A stretch of DNA of 64,000 nucleotides from the human T2T-CHM13v2.0 reference genome, Homo sapiens, in NCBI RefSeq assembly GCF_009914755.1, contig NC_060942.1. One strand, given 5' to 3'. The translations under genes and the position numbers were made by a program. Position 1 is the first letter of the stretch; each line of letters starts with the position of its first letter. The notes beneath the pieces are model-generated. The model saw only the letters and a list, made by a program, of their open reading frames with translations, made no database searches and had not been told where the DNA came from. Positions 12,659 through 25,237 of the stretch are shown piece after piece.

Positions 12659-12971
12659 CAACCACAGGCCACCAACCTCAACACCAACACATTTTTAAAT
12701 CTCATTGACTAAACTAAAGGTTTAAAGGAGGAAACTTCTATGTCTGTAAAATGGTTTATACATTTTTTCTTTATTTTGATTTATGGCTTGGATAAAGATG
12801 GAGTCCTACATTTAATTTTTTTTTCTATAACTTGAAAGAATTTCTCCTTTGTTTTCCAGTATGGAGTTATTTGGAAGTTTGGGATATTGAGAATCTTTTT
12901 ATCCCCTCTTCTGGAGTTACTTCAGGTCTTCTTTTTATCTCCATGATTCTGAAAATTGTTGACCATGCACT

Positions 12972-14174
12972 TGTCAAAGAAAAATTGCACCAGACAATTT
13001 AAACAGCCAAGGAAGACTTTATTAAGAACTACTGCAAGTTGAGAGATTGAACTCAGTTCCACTAAAACAAAACGCGGGAGAGTTTGTAAGTGCTGCTGGA
13101 GGACGACGAGGTGGAAGTTGGTGGATGTGATTAGACCACCTGTGTTGGCTAATTCGTGGTCTCAATTAGGCTCTTACCTCTTAATTACCCTCTCACAGAT
13201 ACTGGGAGGCAGGGGTGTGTAAAGAGCAACCTTGACATAACTAACTTCCTTTCAGAAAGAGACCCTCTTTTATGTTTCACAGGACAGTTTGCCAATAGGA
13301 TAAGAGGTTTTGCTTAATAAACAAATAATAATAATAATAAAAAGACCAAATCTAACTAGATAAGGAGACAAACAAGCACACTCTTCCACTATCAGTTCTC
13401 ACCTGAGGACTCGGACTATAAAAGAGCGGGCTTTCAGTAGCTCAGGACAGTGTCTTAACTGACACTGTCTTGCAGTCGCTCGTGATAAAAACTTGGCATC
13501 TGCCGCCCAAGGCTCTGCCTCATCAATCTTCCTTGCAAGATCGAGGGACCACCAGGCCCAGGCCAGGACTCCTTTTGTCATCCTTCACTACCCCAGACTG
13601 GTTTGTTAACACTTTCTTCTATTACATTTTCCTGTTGATGGTAAATGTCACTTTGTTTGTTCTGGAATGTTGAATCTATAGCATTTATATATTGGCTAAG
13701 TATACCATGATGTATGGTTGGCAATATTGACTGCCTTGTGGAGTGGCTTGAGCCTGCGTGCATATGGTCGGTCTACCCAGTGAATGAGTGAACAGAAAGT
13801 GCTAAGGAAAATTACCCTCTTGGGAACTCCATGTAGCTCTTGGCTTTTTTGATGGTAACAGCATCAATAAAAGCCCAACTTTGTGGAAAGACGCAAACGT
13901 GCGTGGACCTGGTTATCTCTAACTTTGCACCACTTGTGACAGGTACTGTCTCTATGAATGATTACATTTCAAAGGGATGGCTCCCAGATACTTGAGAAAA
14001 ACTTTCATGGGTTGTGATATCCTCAGGAGGCTGAGAGAAGATTTACCTCTCAAAGGAGAATAGAAAAGAGTTATAATTACAAGTTTTCTAAGCAAATACT
14101 CTTAGAAAACGGAAGTCAGAATAGCCTAAAGTTTAGTCAAGTGAGAGGAATGTCAAGGACATATATCTTGGTCA
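12972..14174 (-). mobile_element. ERV1 solo LTR (MER67/MER31 group) split by a nested LTR
   Basis: TG...CA ends, perfect 4-bp TSD 'cact' (12968-12971 / 14175-14178) and the motif 'gattacatttcaaagggatggctcccag'. Confidence 0.75.
13218..13941 (+). mobile_element. ERV1 solo LTR (MER72-like), nested
   Basis: 724 bp TG...CA, TSD ggtg/ggta, TATAAAA near 13417 and AATAAA near 13866. Confidence 0.75.
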
Positions 14175-14179
14175 CACTT

Positions 14180-14700
14180 TTGTATTTACTGTTTCCTTGT
14201 TCATTAATTTGGACCCTTTGTATGACTTTTTAATCTAGAGACTTCTATACATAAGCTCTGGGGAATTTTTGTGGTACAATTTATTTTATGCCCATCACTC
14301 CTATCTTTCTTCTTTTTTTTCCCCATGAAACTTTTATTAATTAAATGTTAAACTGGATTGTTTATGTATTTTGACTTTCATATTTTCTATTTCTGAGATT
14401 TCATTCAACTTTCTGGAAGAAATGTTTAATATGCTCTTCCAAACCTTTTAAATTTTAATAATCATATTTTATTTTCTAAGTAATATTATCCTCTCATTCA
14501 TTAATATAAACATAAATCTTGTTTTCTGGCTGTGATGTAATGGTACGTGTTTCTGAGAAATCTAATTGGAGATATTTTGTATTGTTAAAGTCTTTTATCA
14601 GTATTTTCAGAGGTCATTTTTGTTGTTGTTTATGTTATTTCCAGTGAGGTCTCGTGTTCCTTACTTGTTTCTTTATATTTCAAACAGATGCATAGACAAG
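14180..14700 (-). mobile_element. Old L1M/HAL1-like fragment (continues from ~12750-12970)
   Basis: T-rich antisense L1 ORF1-like sequence on both sides of the LTR pair. Confidence 0.45.
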
Positions 14701-15598
14701 CTCACTGGGAACCATGAGCATGTGGGGATTGTGGGGAGGGCCGGGTGAATTTTCTCTATTTTAGGGTAATCAGGTACAAACCCACCTATCACTGTAGAAA
14801 ATCTCAAAAGTGTCTGACACTTTTTTTTCCTACTGTCTTTCAAACTTCTAAAGAACCTTTTATTTTATTTTTAAACTTGAAATTAGAAACCTGCCTTCTC
14901 TTTCCTGTATGTTGGTATGCAAATATGATGTTAGAGGTTATTAAAAGTCATGCATAGGACTTTCAATTTATCCCCTTATTTTCAGCCCAAATTATTACCC
15001 CATTCTCTGGCATTTTCAAGCCAAAGATTTCATCATTTCAAGCTCTCTTTGTTTCCCTTTCAACAGCATATTCCTATGCAAGCACTTCTGCCCACGTTAC
15101 CTCCCCTCCACCATGTTTCCCTAAGTTCTTCATTAATTTTTTTCTTCACTTACGACTCTTTACACTGTGCCTCATCATTGCTTTTTGTTCTTTTATATTT
15201 ATCCCTTAGTGGAGTTTTAGGAAAATTAGTTGAGAGTCAGATGATCATCATGCTATGATTATCCAGAACTCAGCCCTCCCCACTCCCACACGCTTTAGTG
15301 TTGAGAAGAAAAAAAAAGTAGCCCTAGATAGTTTGAATCCATAGGAAGAAATAATTAACATTGCTTCTAAATGCTGAGAGCCAGATTTCAAAATCATTTC
15401 TAACATTGTTCTCCTAAGTGTGCTGGCCCTTTCAGGGCTGGTTGTGTATGGATCTTCAAGAGCAGAACAAGGCAATCCTGGACTTAGATAGCATTGGGTC
15501 AGAGGATATTCTTCCTTGAAGATTCAGAGGGCTGCAGCAGGTGCCCCTGGTAGACAAGCATCGTCTCCCTGCTGGGCTTTGAGAAACAGCTGCCAACT

Positions 15599-15609
15599 AT
15601 GACTCAGCA
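15599..15609 (+). promoter_or_regulatory. Perfect ARE/MARE (NRF2/BACH1-MAF, AP-1 core) motif
   Basis: ATGACTCAGCA in apparently unique sequence. Motif match only. Confidence 0.4.
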
Positions 15610-16839
15610 AGAAGCAGCAGCATTACATAGATGTCAGATTTTGTTTACTTTTGACTGAAAAGATTGCCAAAACATAGTCTAAATCAGGACTCCACGTTGA
15701 AATTAAAATGAATCAACCTCTACCCCAATTATATGCTTAAAAAATAAACTCAGCGTAACACCAAATAATTGATTTTATATTATTTGTGGGGAAGAAGAAA
15801 GGCGAGTGATATTTGAGAAAACGAGGGTTTTTATTTGTACTTTTCCACCATCCTGCTTAAGGAAAAGCCCAGCTTTGATTTTCAATTACATTTGTGATTC
15901 TCTGCATTTAATAATGCTGGCCTTTCTTTATCCTTAATGTATGCTAATGCTTTAACCCACGTAAATGCATGAGTTGTTTCCAATCACAAAATTTCCCTAT
16001 GGCTTATCAAGGGTAGGGTTATTTTACCAAAAGCATAGCATACGGTGCATAAATAGCACTCATATATAAATGTAGCATTCACAAGAGATTAATACAATTT
16101 TCCTTTTTCGAGTGATTAGTATTTACCCTGGCAGCTGTAGCATTTTAGCCTTCCATTAGCTGACAGAGGTGAATAAGGGCTGCATCTTGCCTCCACCAAG
16201 CTGCTATATCTCAATATGTGTTCACAGCTTAGGGACTATGAAATATGCTCCAGGAATATTTAGAACTCTCATAGGAATTTCTTGTGGCTTCAATGGATTT
16301 GTTTTCACAAATATATTAAATTGAATATTTTATTTCTTCAGGGCAAAAAGTTAACTGGCTTGAAACTCACAGGCGCAGAACAATAAAGAAAATTCCAGCT
16401 TAAATCTGGGCATTCAAATATTGAGTCCTTGGCTTGTTACAACTGTCTCATAGCACAGAGCATCATGAGAAGTTTTAAAGGAAAGAATGATTTATAGGTT
16501 GGATCTGGGAAAGAATATGGAAAAGAAAACATGTTGATATTTGAAGGATAATTATAAATGTATTCAATTTTAGGTTTTGGGGAATCAGATGAGTCATGAG
16601 GCATTTTTACTATCAATAACTATCACATATACTTTTGAATAGAAAATGAGTTATGAGTTTGCCATCTCCCCATTTTATGTGTAAGTTTACTTTTATATAA
16701 GTTTTGTGTTATAATGATGGCTTGTGAAATTATGGAAAATGCTTAGTTTTGTTAAAATGCTAATTTGAATGAATATTTTTTATGTTACATCTAAAATAGT
16801 AGAAAAATAGAAGTACAAAGTATAAAATCTATGCTGTCA

Positions 16840-17065
16840 CAATGTATATACAGTTTCAAAGTTATGTATGTATACACATACGTATATAAAAATATACACA
16901 CATGCTTATATATATCTCTATATGTATCCACACATGTAAAATATATAAATTATATTTCAGTGTTGTGGATTATGTATATATTTATTGATTCTTACAATGT
17001 ATATCTATTAGAAACTTTTGGCACACATGTATTTCTGTGTATATATACACATTCGGATTTATACA
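16840..17065. repeat. (TA/CA)-rich low-complexity tract
   Basis: Degenerate tatatac/acacat repeats. Confidence 0.7.
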
Positions 17066-17339
17066 CAGGAATTTAACTAATGCACATATATCACTAATAA
17101 TTCTTAGTCATATTTTTCCAAGTATTTGTTGAATAAATATTTGATCGGAATGTTAAATGCTTAAGATCTAGTAACATGGGGGCACATAAACAACCAAATG
17201 AGAAATAGCCCCTACTAATAGTGTTCAAACTCTGACTAGGAAACAAAAACATATAAATTATTGAATAACGATATCAAAATAAATTACAGTTCTATACATA
17301 ATTATAAAAACTGTTACAAGGTCAGTACATATTGTCAAC

Positions 17340-18120
17340 TGTTATGTTTCCAAAAATCACCAGAAAAAGTGATCAAGCAAAGGTGGGTTGTTAGACTGAA
17401 TACAGTGAGGAACCATTACCTTGGCAGAATTTAGCAGTGTCTTATGAGGGAAAGTAATGGGAGGATATTAATTGGATCTTAGAGCTTGAATAGATTGATT
17501 TCAAGGCAAATCTTTCAAGACAGAAGGAAGGGAGGGAATAGGCAGAATTTAACACAGAATAGCTTCAGATTGGTGGGCACACTGAAGCAAAGTTTTGAAG
17601 CAAGTATAGATGAGCAAACTGTTAAGTAAACTATTTTATCTTGCAAATAATATTATTTCTCAGGAGCAAATATTTCCTGGAGTAAACAGCTGAATTACTT
17701 CTTCTCATTCTCAGTACCGTTTTAAAGAAAGCAATATCCTGGCCGGGCGCGGTGGCTCACGCCTGTAATCCCAACACTATGGGAGACTGAGGCGGGAGAA
17801 TCACCTGAGGTCAGGAGTTCGAGACCAGCTTGGCCAACATGGTGAAACCCCGTCTCTAGTAAAAATACAAAAATTAGCCGGGCATGGTGGCAGTTGCCTG
17901 TAATCCCAGCCACTTGGGAGGCTGAGGCAGGAGAATCACTTGAACCTGGGAGGCGGAGGTTGCCGTGTGCAAGATCGTGCTACTGTACTCCAGCCTGGGC
18001 GACAAGACCGAGACTCCCCCTAGCAACAACAACAAAAAGGCAATATTCTAAGTAGACATGAAAAGTTCTTAGGATTCCAAAATTATTTAACAAAGGAGCA
18101 GCTGAAGTTTGTTGGTTTCA
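17340..18120 (-). mobile_element. Probable old ERV1-type LTR remnant hosting an Alu
   Basis: TG start and LTR-like motifs ('ccttggcagaatttagcagtgtct', 'gagcaaactgtt'). Family not determined. Confidence 0.35.
17741..18036 (+). mobile_element. AluSq-like
   Basis: Canonical GGCCGGGCGCGGTGG start, (CAA)n tail and TSD 'aa(a/g)gcaatat(c/t)ct'. Confidence 0.97.
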
Positions 18121-19036
18121 ATTTTCAGTCCCCTACTTTTACATTTTTCCGTCTAAGCTGAAGGATAGAATATTATTTTTAGGGGATATGATCAATCTGG
18201 ATCTGTATCACTACTCAGTGTGTCATGATTACTCATACAGTTTTTGATGGTAGTTGTTTAAATCTTTACAAGCTTGCTTGCTACTCTTTCTCCCCACCCA
18301 TCTCTCTCTCTCTCTCTTTCAGTGGAATATCTCACATTTGATCATTTGACGGTACAGTGGCTAGAAAGCAGTATTTAAGACTAGAGAGAGCAGCCCTGTA
18401 ACATAATATTAAGAGAAAGATTTGATCACCAGTTTAAGTCTAGGTCTATTTCAGGGACCAAAAATGCCCAAGGTAAGCCAAATGAACAGATTTTATGACA
18501 GCCCTCAGAGTTTACAGAGCCAGATAGGGAGTTAAATTTACCTAATTTCATGATTGCTTAGTTCCCTGATATTTTTAATAAAATGAAAGATTCCCACAAA
18601 TCTGTGTAGCAATGAGAAGACAACAGTCCTTTAAAAAATGTATTTTCCACCTAAAGAGGTCAGCATTGTGTCTAAAGCCACTTAATTTTGAAACATCAAC
18701 TGTCCAATTTCAGTACCTCTAAGACTAGGACTTCTATGGTCTTAAGGTCATTTCTCTCTTCCTTGTCAATCTCTGAACTGTCACATGTAACATTTTTTCC
18801 ATTTTCCAAGTCTTTTATTATTTATTTATTTTATTATACTCTAAGTTCTAAGGTACATGTGCAGAATGTACAGGTTTGTTACATAGGTATACACGTGCCA
18901 TGGTGGTTTGCTGCATCCATCAACCCGTCATCTATATTAGGTATTTATCCTAATGCTATCCTTCCCCTAGGATGCCACCCCCTGACAGGCCCCAGTGTGT
19001 GATGTTCCCCTCCCTGTGTCCATGTGTTCTCATTGT

Positions 19037-22000
19037 TCAATTCCCACTTATGAGTGAGAACATGTGGTGTTTGGTTTTCTGTTCTTGTGTTAGTTAGCTG
19101 AGAATTATGGTTTCCAGCTTCATCCATGTCCCTGCAAAGGGTGTGAACTCATCCGTTTTTATGGCTGAATAGTATTCCATGGTATATATGTGCCACATTT
19201 TCTTTATCCAGTCTATCATTGATGGACATCTGGGTTGGTTCCAAGTTTTTGCTATTGTGAACAGTACCCCAATAAACATACGTGTGCATGTGTCTTTATA
19301 GTAGAATGATTTATAATCTTTTGGGTATATACCCAGCAATGAGACTGCTGGGTCAAATGGTATTTCTAGTTCTAGATCCTTGAGGAATCGCCACACTGTC
19401 TTCCACAATGGATGAACTAATTTACACTCCCACCAACAGTGTAAAAGCATTCCTATTTCTCCATAGCCTTGCCAGCATCTGTTGTTTCTTGACTTTTCAA
19501 AAATAACCATTCTGACTGGCATGAGATGGTATCTCATTGTGGTTTTGATTTGCATTTCTCTAATGATCAGTGATGTTGAGCTTTCATACGTTTATTGGAA
19601 GCATAAATGTCTTCTTTTGAGAAGTGTCTGTTCATATCCTTTGCCCATTTTTTGATGGTTTTTTTTTCTTGCACATTTGTTTAACTTCTTTGTAGATTCT
19701 GGATATTACACCTTTGTCAGATGAGTAGATTCCAAAAATTTTCTCCCATTCTGTAGGTTGCCTGTTCACTCTGATGGTAGTTTTTTTTGTTGTACAGAAG
19801 CTCTTTAGTTTAATTAGATCCCATTTGTCTATTTTGGCTTTTGTTGCCATTGTTTTTGGTGTTTTAGTCATGAAGTCTTTGCCCATGCCTATGTTCTGAA
19901 TGGTATTGCCTAGGTTTTCTTCTAGGGATTTTATGGTTTTAGATCTTATGTTTAAGTCTTTAATCCATCTTCAGTTAATTTTTTTTATAAGGTGTAAGGA
20001 AGGGATCCAGTTTCATCTTTCTGCATATGGCTAGCCAGTTTTCCCAACACCATTTAATAAATAGGGAATCCTTTTCCCATTGCTTGTTTTTGTCAGGTTT
20101 GTCAAAGGTCAGATGGTTGTAGATGTGTGGTGTTATTTCTGAGGGCTCTGTTCTGTTCCATTGGTCTATATCTCTGTTTTGGTACTAGTACCATGCTGGT
20201 TTGGTTACTGTAGCTTTGTAGTATAGTTTGAAGTCAGGTAGCATGATGCCTCCAGCTTTGTTCTTTTTGCTTACGATTGTTTTGGCTATGTGTGCTCTTT
20301 TTTGGTTCCATATGAAATTTAAAGTAGTTTTTTCTAATCCTGTGAAGCAAGTCAATAGTAGCTTGATGGTAATAGCATTGAATCTGTAAATTACTTTGGG
20401 CAGTATGACCATTTTCATGATATTGATTCTTTCTATCCATGAGCATGAAATGTTTTTCCATTTGTTTCTGTCCTGTCTTATTTCCTTGAGCAGTGGTTTG
20501 TAGTTCTCTTGAAGAGATCCTTCACATCCCTCGTAAGTTGTATTCCTAGGTATTTTATTCTCTTTGTAGCAGTTGTGAATGGGAGTTCACTCATGATTTG
20601 GCTCTCTGTTTGTCTGTTATTGTTGTGTAGGAATGCTTGTGATTTTTGCATATTGATTTTATATCCTGAGACTTGGCTGAAGTTGCTTATCAGCTTAAGG
20701 AGATTTTGGGCTGAGACGTTGGGGTTTTCTAAATATACAATCATGTCATTTGCAAACAGAGACAATTTGACTTCCTCTTTTCCTAATTGAATACCCTTTA
20801 TTTCTTTCTCTTGCCTGATTGACCCTGCCAGAACTTCCAATAATATGTTGAATAGGAGTGGGGAAGAGAGGGCATCCTTGTCTTGTGCCGGTTTTCAAAG
20901 GGAATGCTTCCAGTTTTTGCCCATTCAGTGTGGTATTGGCTGTGTGTTTGTCATAAGTAGCTCATATTTTTTTTTTGAAGTACGTTCCATCAATACCTAG
21001 TTTTTTTGAGAGTTTTTAGCATGAAGTGCTGTTCAATTTTGTCGAAGGCCTTTTCTGCATCTATTGAAATAATCATATGGTTTTTGTCATTGGTTCTGTT
21101 TATGTGATGGATTATGTTTATTGGTTGGTAGGCTATTAATTACTGCCTCAATTTCAGATCTTGTTATTGGTCCATTCAGGGATTTGACTTCTTTATGGCT
21201 TAGAATTGGGAGGATGTATGTGTCCAGGAATTTATCGATTTCTTCTAGATTTTCTAATGTATCTGTGTAGATGTGTTTAAAGTATTTTCTGATGGTAGTT
21301 TATATTTCTGTTAGTGGTGATATTCCTTTCATCATTTTTTATTGTGTCGATTTGATTCTTCTCTCTTCTTTAGTAGTCTGGCTAATGGTCTATCTATTTT
21401 GTTAATCTTTTCAAAAAACCAGCTCCTGGATTCATTGATTTTTTTTGAAGGATTTTTCATGTCTCTATCTCCTTCAGTTCTGCTCTGATCTTAGTCATTT
21501 ATTGCCTTATAATAGCTTTTCAATTTGTTTGCTCTTGCTTTTCAAGTTCTTTTAATTGTGATGTTAGGGTGTTGATTTTAGATCTTCCCCAATTTATCTT
21601 GTGGGCATTTAGTGCTGTAAATTTCTCTCTACACACTGCTTTAAACGTGTCCCAGAGATTCTGGTTCGTTGTGTCTTTGTTCTCATTGGTTTCAAAGAAC
21701 ATCTTTATTTCTGCTTTAATTTTGTTATTTACCCAGTAGTCATTCAGGAGCAGGTTGTTCAGTTTCCATGTAGTTGTGTGGTTTTCAGCGAGTTTCTTAA
21801 TCCTGAGTTCTAATTTGATTGCAATGTGGCCTGAGAGACTGTTTGTTATAATTTCCGTTTTTTGCATTTACTGAGGAATGTTTTACTTCCAATTATGTGG
21901 TCAATTTTAGAATAAGTGCGATGAAGTGCTGAGAAAAATATATATTCTGTTGATTTGGGGTAGAGAGTTCTGTAGACGTCTATTAGGTCCATTTGGTCCA

Positions 22001-22514
22001 GAGCTGAGTTCAAGTCCTGGATATCCTTAGTAATTTTCTCTCTTGTTGATCTGTCTAATATTGACAGTGGGGTGTTAAAGTCTCCCATTATAATTGTGTG
22101 GTTGTCTCAGTCTCTTTATAGATCTCTAAGAACTTGCTTTATGAATCTGGGTGCTCCTGTATTGGGTGCATATATATTTAAGACAGTTAGCTCTTCTTGT
22201 TGCATTGATCCCTTTACCATTGTGTAATGCCCTTCTTTGTCTTTTTTGATCTTTGTTGGCTTAAAGTCTGTTTTATCAGAGACTAGGATTGCAAACCCTG
22301 CTTTTTTCTTGCTTTCCATTTGCTTTGGTAAATATTCCTCCATCCCTTTATTTTGAGCCTATGTGTGTCTCTGCACCTGAGATGGGTCTTCTGAATATAG
22401 CACACCAATGGGTCTTGACTCTTTATCCAATTTGTCAGTCTGTGTTTTTAATTGGGGCACGTAACCCATTTACATTTAGTATAATATTGTTATGTGTGAA
22501 TTTGATCCTGTCAT
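19037..22514 (-). pseudogene. L1 ORF2p (EN/RT) remnant (disrupted)
   Basis: EN 'LNIYAPNTGA', 'GDFNTPLS', 'YSKIDH'; RT catalytic FADD mutated to FAND; C-terminal 'HCWWECKL'. Frameshifts and an internal deletion. Confidence 0.92.
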
Positions 22515-22577
22515 TATGATGCTAACTGGTTATTTTGCCTATTAGTTGATATAGTTTCTTCATAGTGTCTATGGTCT

Positions 22578-23587
22578 TTACAATTTGGTATGTTTTTGCA
22601 GTGGCTGGTACTGGTTTGTTCCTCTCCATGTTTAATGCTTCCTTCAGGAGCTCTTGTAAGGCAGGCCTGGTGGTGTCAAAATCTCTCAGAATTTGCTTGT
22701 CTGAAAAAGATTTTATTTCTCCTTCACTTATGAAGCTTAGTTTGGCTGGATATGAAATTCTGGGTTGAAAATTGTTTTCTTCAAGAATGTTGAATATTGA
22801 CCCCCACTCTCTTCTGGCTTGTAGGATTTCTGCCAAGAGATCCGCTGTTAGTCTGATGGGCTTTCCTTTGTGGGTAACCTGACCTTTCTCTGACTTCCCT
22901 TCACATTTTTTCCTTCATTTCTACCTTGGTGAATCTGACGATTATGTGTCTTGGGGTTGCTCTTCTCGAGGAGTATCTTTGCGGTGTTCTCTGTATTTCC
23001 TGAATTTGAATGTTGGCCTGTCTTTCTAGGTTGGGGAAGTTCTCCTGGATAACACCCTGGAGGGTGTTTTCCAACTTGGTTCCATTCTCCCCATCACTTT
23101 TAGGTACACCAGTCAAGTGTAGATTTGGTGTTTTCACATAGTCCCTTATTTCTAGGAGGATTTGTTCATTTCTTTTCACTTCTTTTTCTCTAATCTTGTC
23201 TTCTCACTTTATTTAATTAAGTTGATCTTCAATCTCTGATATCCTTTCTTCCCCTTGATCGATTTGGCTATTGATACTTGTGTATGCTTCATGAAGTTCT
23301 CGTGCTGTGTTTTTCAGTGCCATTAAGTCATTTATGTTCTTTTCTAAACTGGTTAGTCTAGTTCTTTTTTCAAGGTTCTTAGCTTCCTTGCATTAGGTTA
23401 GAACATGCTTCTTTAGCTAGGAGGAGTTTGTTATTAACCACCTTCTGAAGCCTACTTCTGTCAATTTGTCAAACTCATTCTCTGTCCAGTTTTGTTCCCT
23501 TGCTGGCAAGGAGTTGTGATCCTTTGGAGGAGAAGAGGGGTTCTGGCTTTTTGAATTTTCAGCCTTTTTGCACTGGTTTCTCCCCAT
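22578..23587 (-). pseudogene. L1 ORF1p remnant (disrupted)
   Basis: Peptides 'NGTKLENTLQGVIQENFPNL...RHIIVRFTKVEMKEKM' and 'FQPRISYPAKLSFISEGEIK'. Contains stops and frameshifts. Confidence 0.9.
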
Positions 23588-25190
23588 CTTCATGGATTTA
23601 TCTACCTTTGGTCTTTGATGTTGGTGATCTTCAGATGGGGGTCTCTGAGTGGATGTCCTTTTGTTGATGTTGATACTATTCCTTTCTGTTTGTTAATTTG
23701 CCTTCAAACAGTCAGGCCCCTGTGCTGCAGGTCTGCTGGAGATTGCTGGAGGTCCACTCCAGATCCTGTTAGCCTGGGTATCACCAGTGGAGGCTGCAGA
23801 ACATCAAAGATTGCTACCTGTTCCTTCCTCTGGAAGCTTCATCCTAGAGGGGCACCTATTAGATGCCAGCCAGAGCTCTCTTATATGAGGTGTCTGTCAG
23901 CCCCTACTGGGAGGTGTCTCCCAGTCAGGATACTCGGGGGTCAGGGACCCACTTGAGGAGGCAGTCTGTCCCTTATCAGATCTCTAATGCTGTGCTGGGA
24001 GGTCCACTGCTCTCCTCAGAGCTACCAGGCAGGGATGTTTAGGTCTGCTGAAGCTGCACCCACAGCCGCTTCTTCCCCCAGGTGCTCTGTCTCAGGGATA
24101 TGGGGATTTTATGTATAAGTCCCTGACTGTGGCTGCTGCCTTTCTTCAGAGATACCCTGCCCAGAGAGGAGGAATCTAGAGAAGCAATGTGTCCACAGTG
24201 GCCTTGCTGAGCTGCAGTGGGCTTTGCCCAGTTTGAACTTCCCAGTGGCTTTGTTTACACTGTGAGGGTAAAACTGCCTACTCAAGCCTCAGCAATAGCA
24301 GACGCCCCTCCCCACACTAAGCTCAAGCATCCCAGGTTGACCTCAGACTGCTGTGCTGGCAGCGAGGATTTCAAGCCAGTGGATCTTAGCTCGTTGGGCT
24401 CTGTGGCATGGGACTAGCTGAGCCAGACCACTTGGCACCCTGACTTCAGCCCTCTTTCCATGGGAGAGAACAGGTCTCTCTCACTGGCATTCCAGGTGCC
24501 ACTAGGGTACAAAAAATAAACTCCTGCAGCTAGCTCAGTGTCTGCCCAAATGGCTGCCCAGTTTTGTGCTTGAAACCCAGGGCCCTGGTGTCGTAGGCAT
24601 CGGAGGGAATCTCCCGGTCTGCCAGTTGCAAAGACCGTGGGAAAAGTGCAGTATCTGGGCTGGAGTGCACCATTCCTCCCGGTACAGTCTTTCACAGCTT
24701 CCTTTGACCCCTTGCACTTCCCAGGTGAGACGATGCCCCACCCTGATTCAGCTTGCCCTCCGTGGACTGCACACACTATCCAAACAGTCCCAGTGAGATG
24801 AACCAGGTACCACAGTTGGAAATGCAGAAATCACCCACTTTCTGTGTCAACCTCGCTGGGAGCTGCAGACCAGAGCTGTTCCTATTAGGCCATCTTCTCC
24901 ACATGTCTTTTAAAGCCTGAAATGAAGACGCTTAGGTATAGAGGAAAGTAGGCAAGATCTTCCTTTGCGTGCATACATGTGTGCTTTGTATTAATTAAAG
25001 GTTCAGCATTTCCTCTTTTTGGATTATGAAAGGAAAAACTGATGGACAAAATGAACTCAGTGAAATCAGAAATATTCTGAAGACAGTTTTTATTTTTTCA
25101 AAATAATAATAGTCATGTTTAGTTTAAATATAGTAGCCAAAATGTTTTTGTACTACAAATTCATTATCAGTTTTTCAGAGCTATCCAATA

Positions 25191-25194
<4 letters not shown>

Positions 25195-25232
<38 letters not shown>
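25195..25232. repeat. (TG)n microsatellite
   Basis: About 19 perfect TG units. Confidence 0.97.

Positions 25233-25237
<5 letters not shown>

Larger units (their letters stand above)
18817..24901 (-). mobile_element. Near full-length L1 (L1PA6/7-like), inactive
   Basis: 5'UTR with YY1 motif (AAGATGGCC at 24888-24896, minus strand), ORF1, ORF2, 3'UTR and A-tail. TSD 'ca(a/t)gtctttta' at ~18807 and ~24902. Confidence 0.97.
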
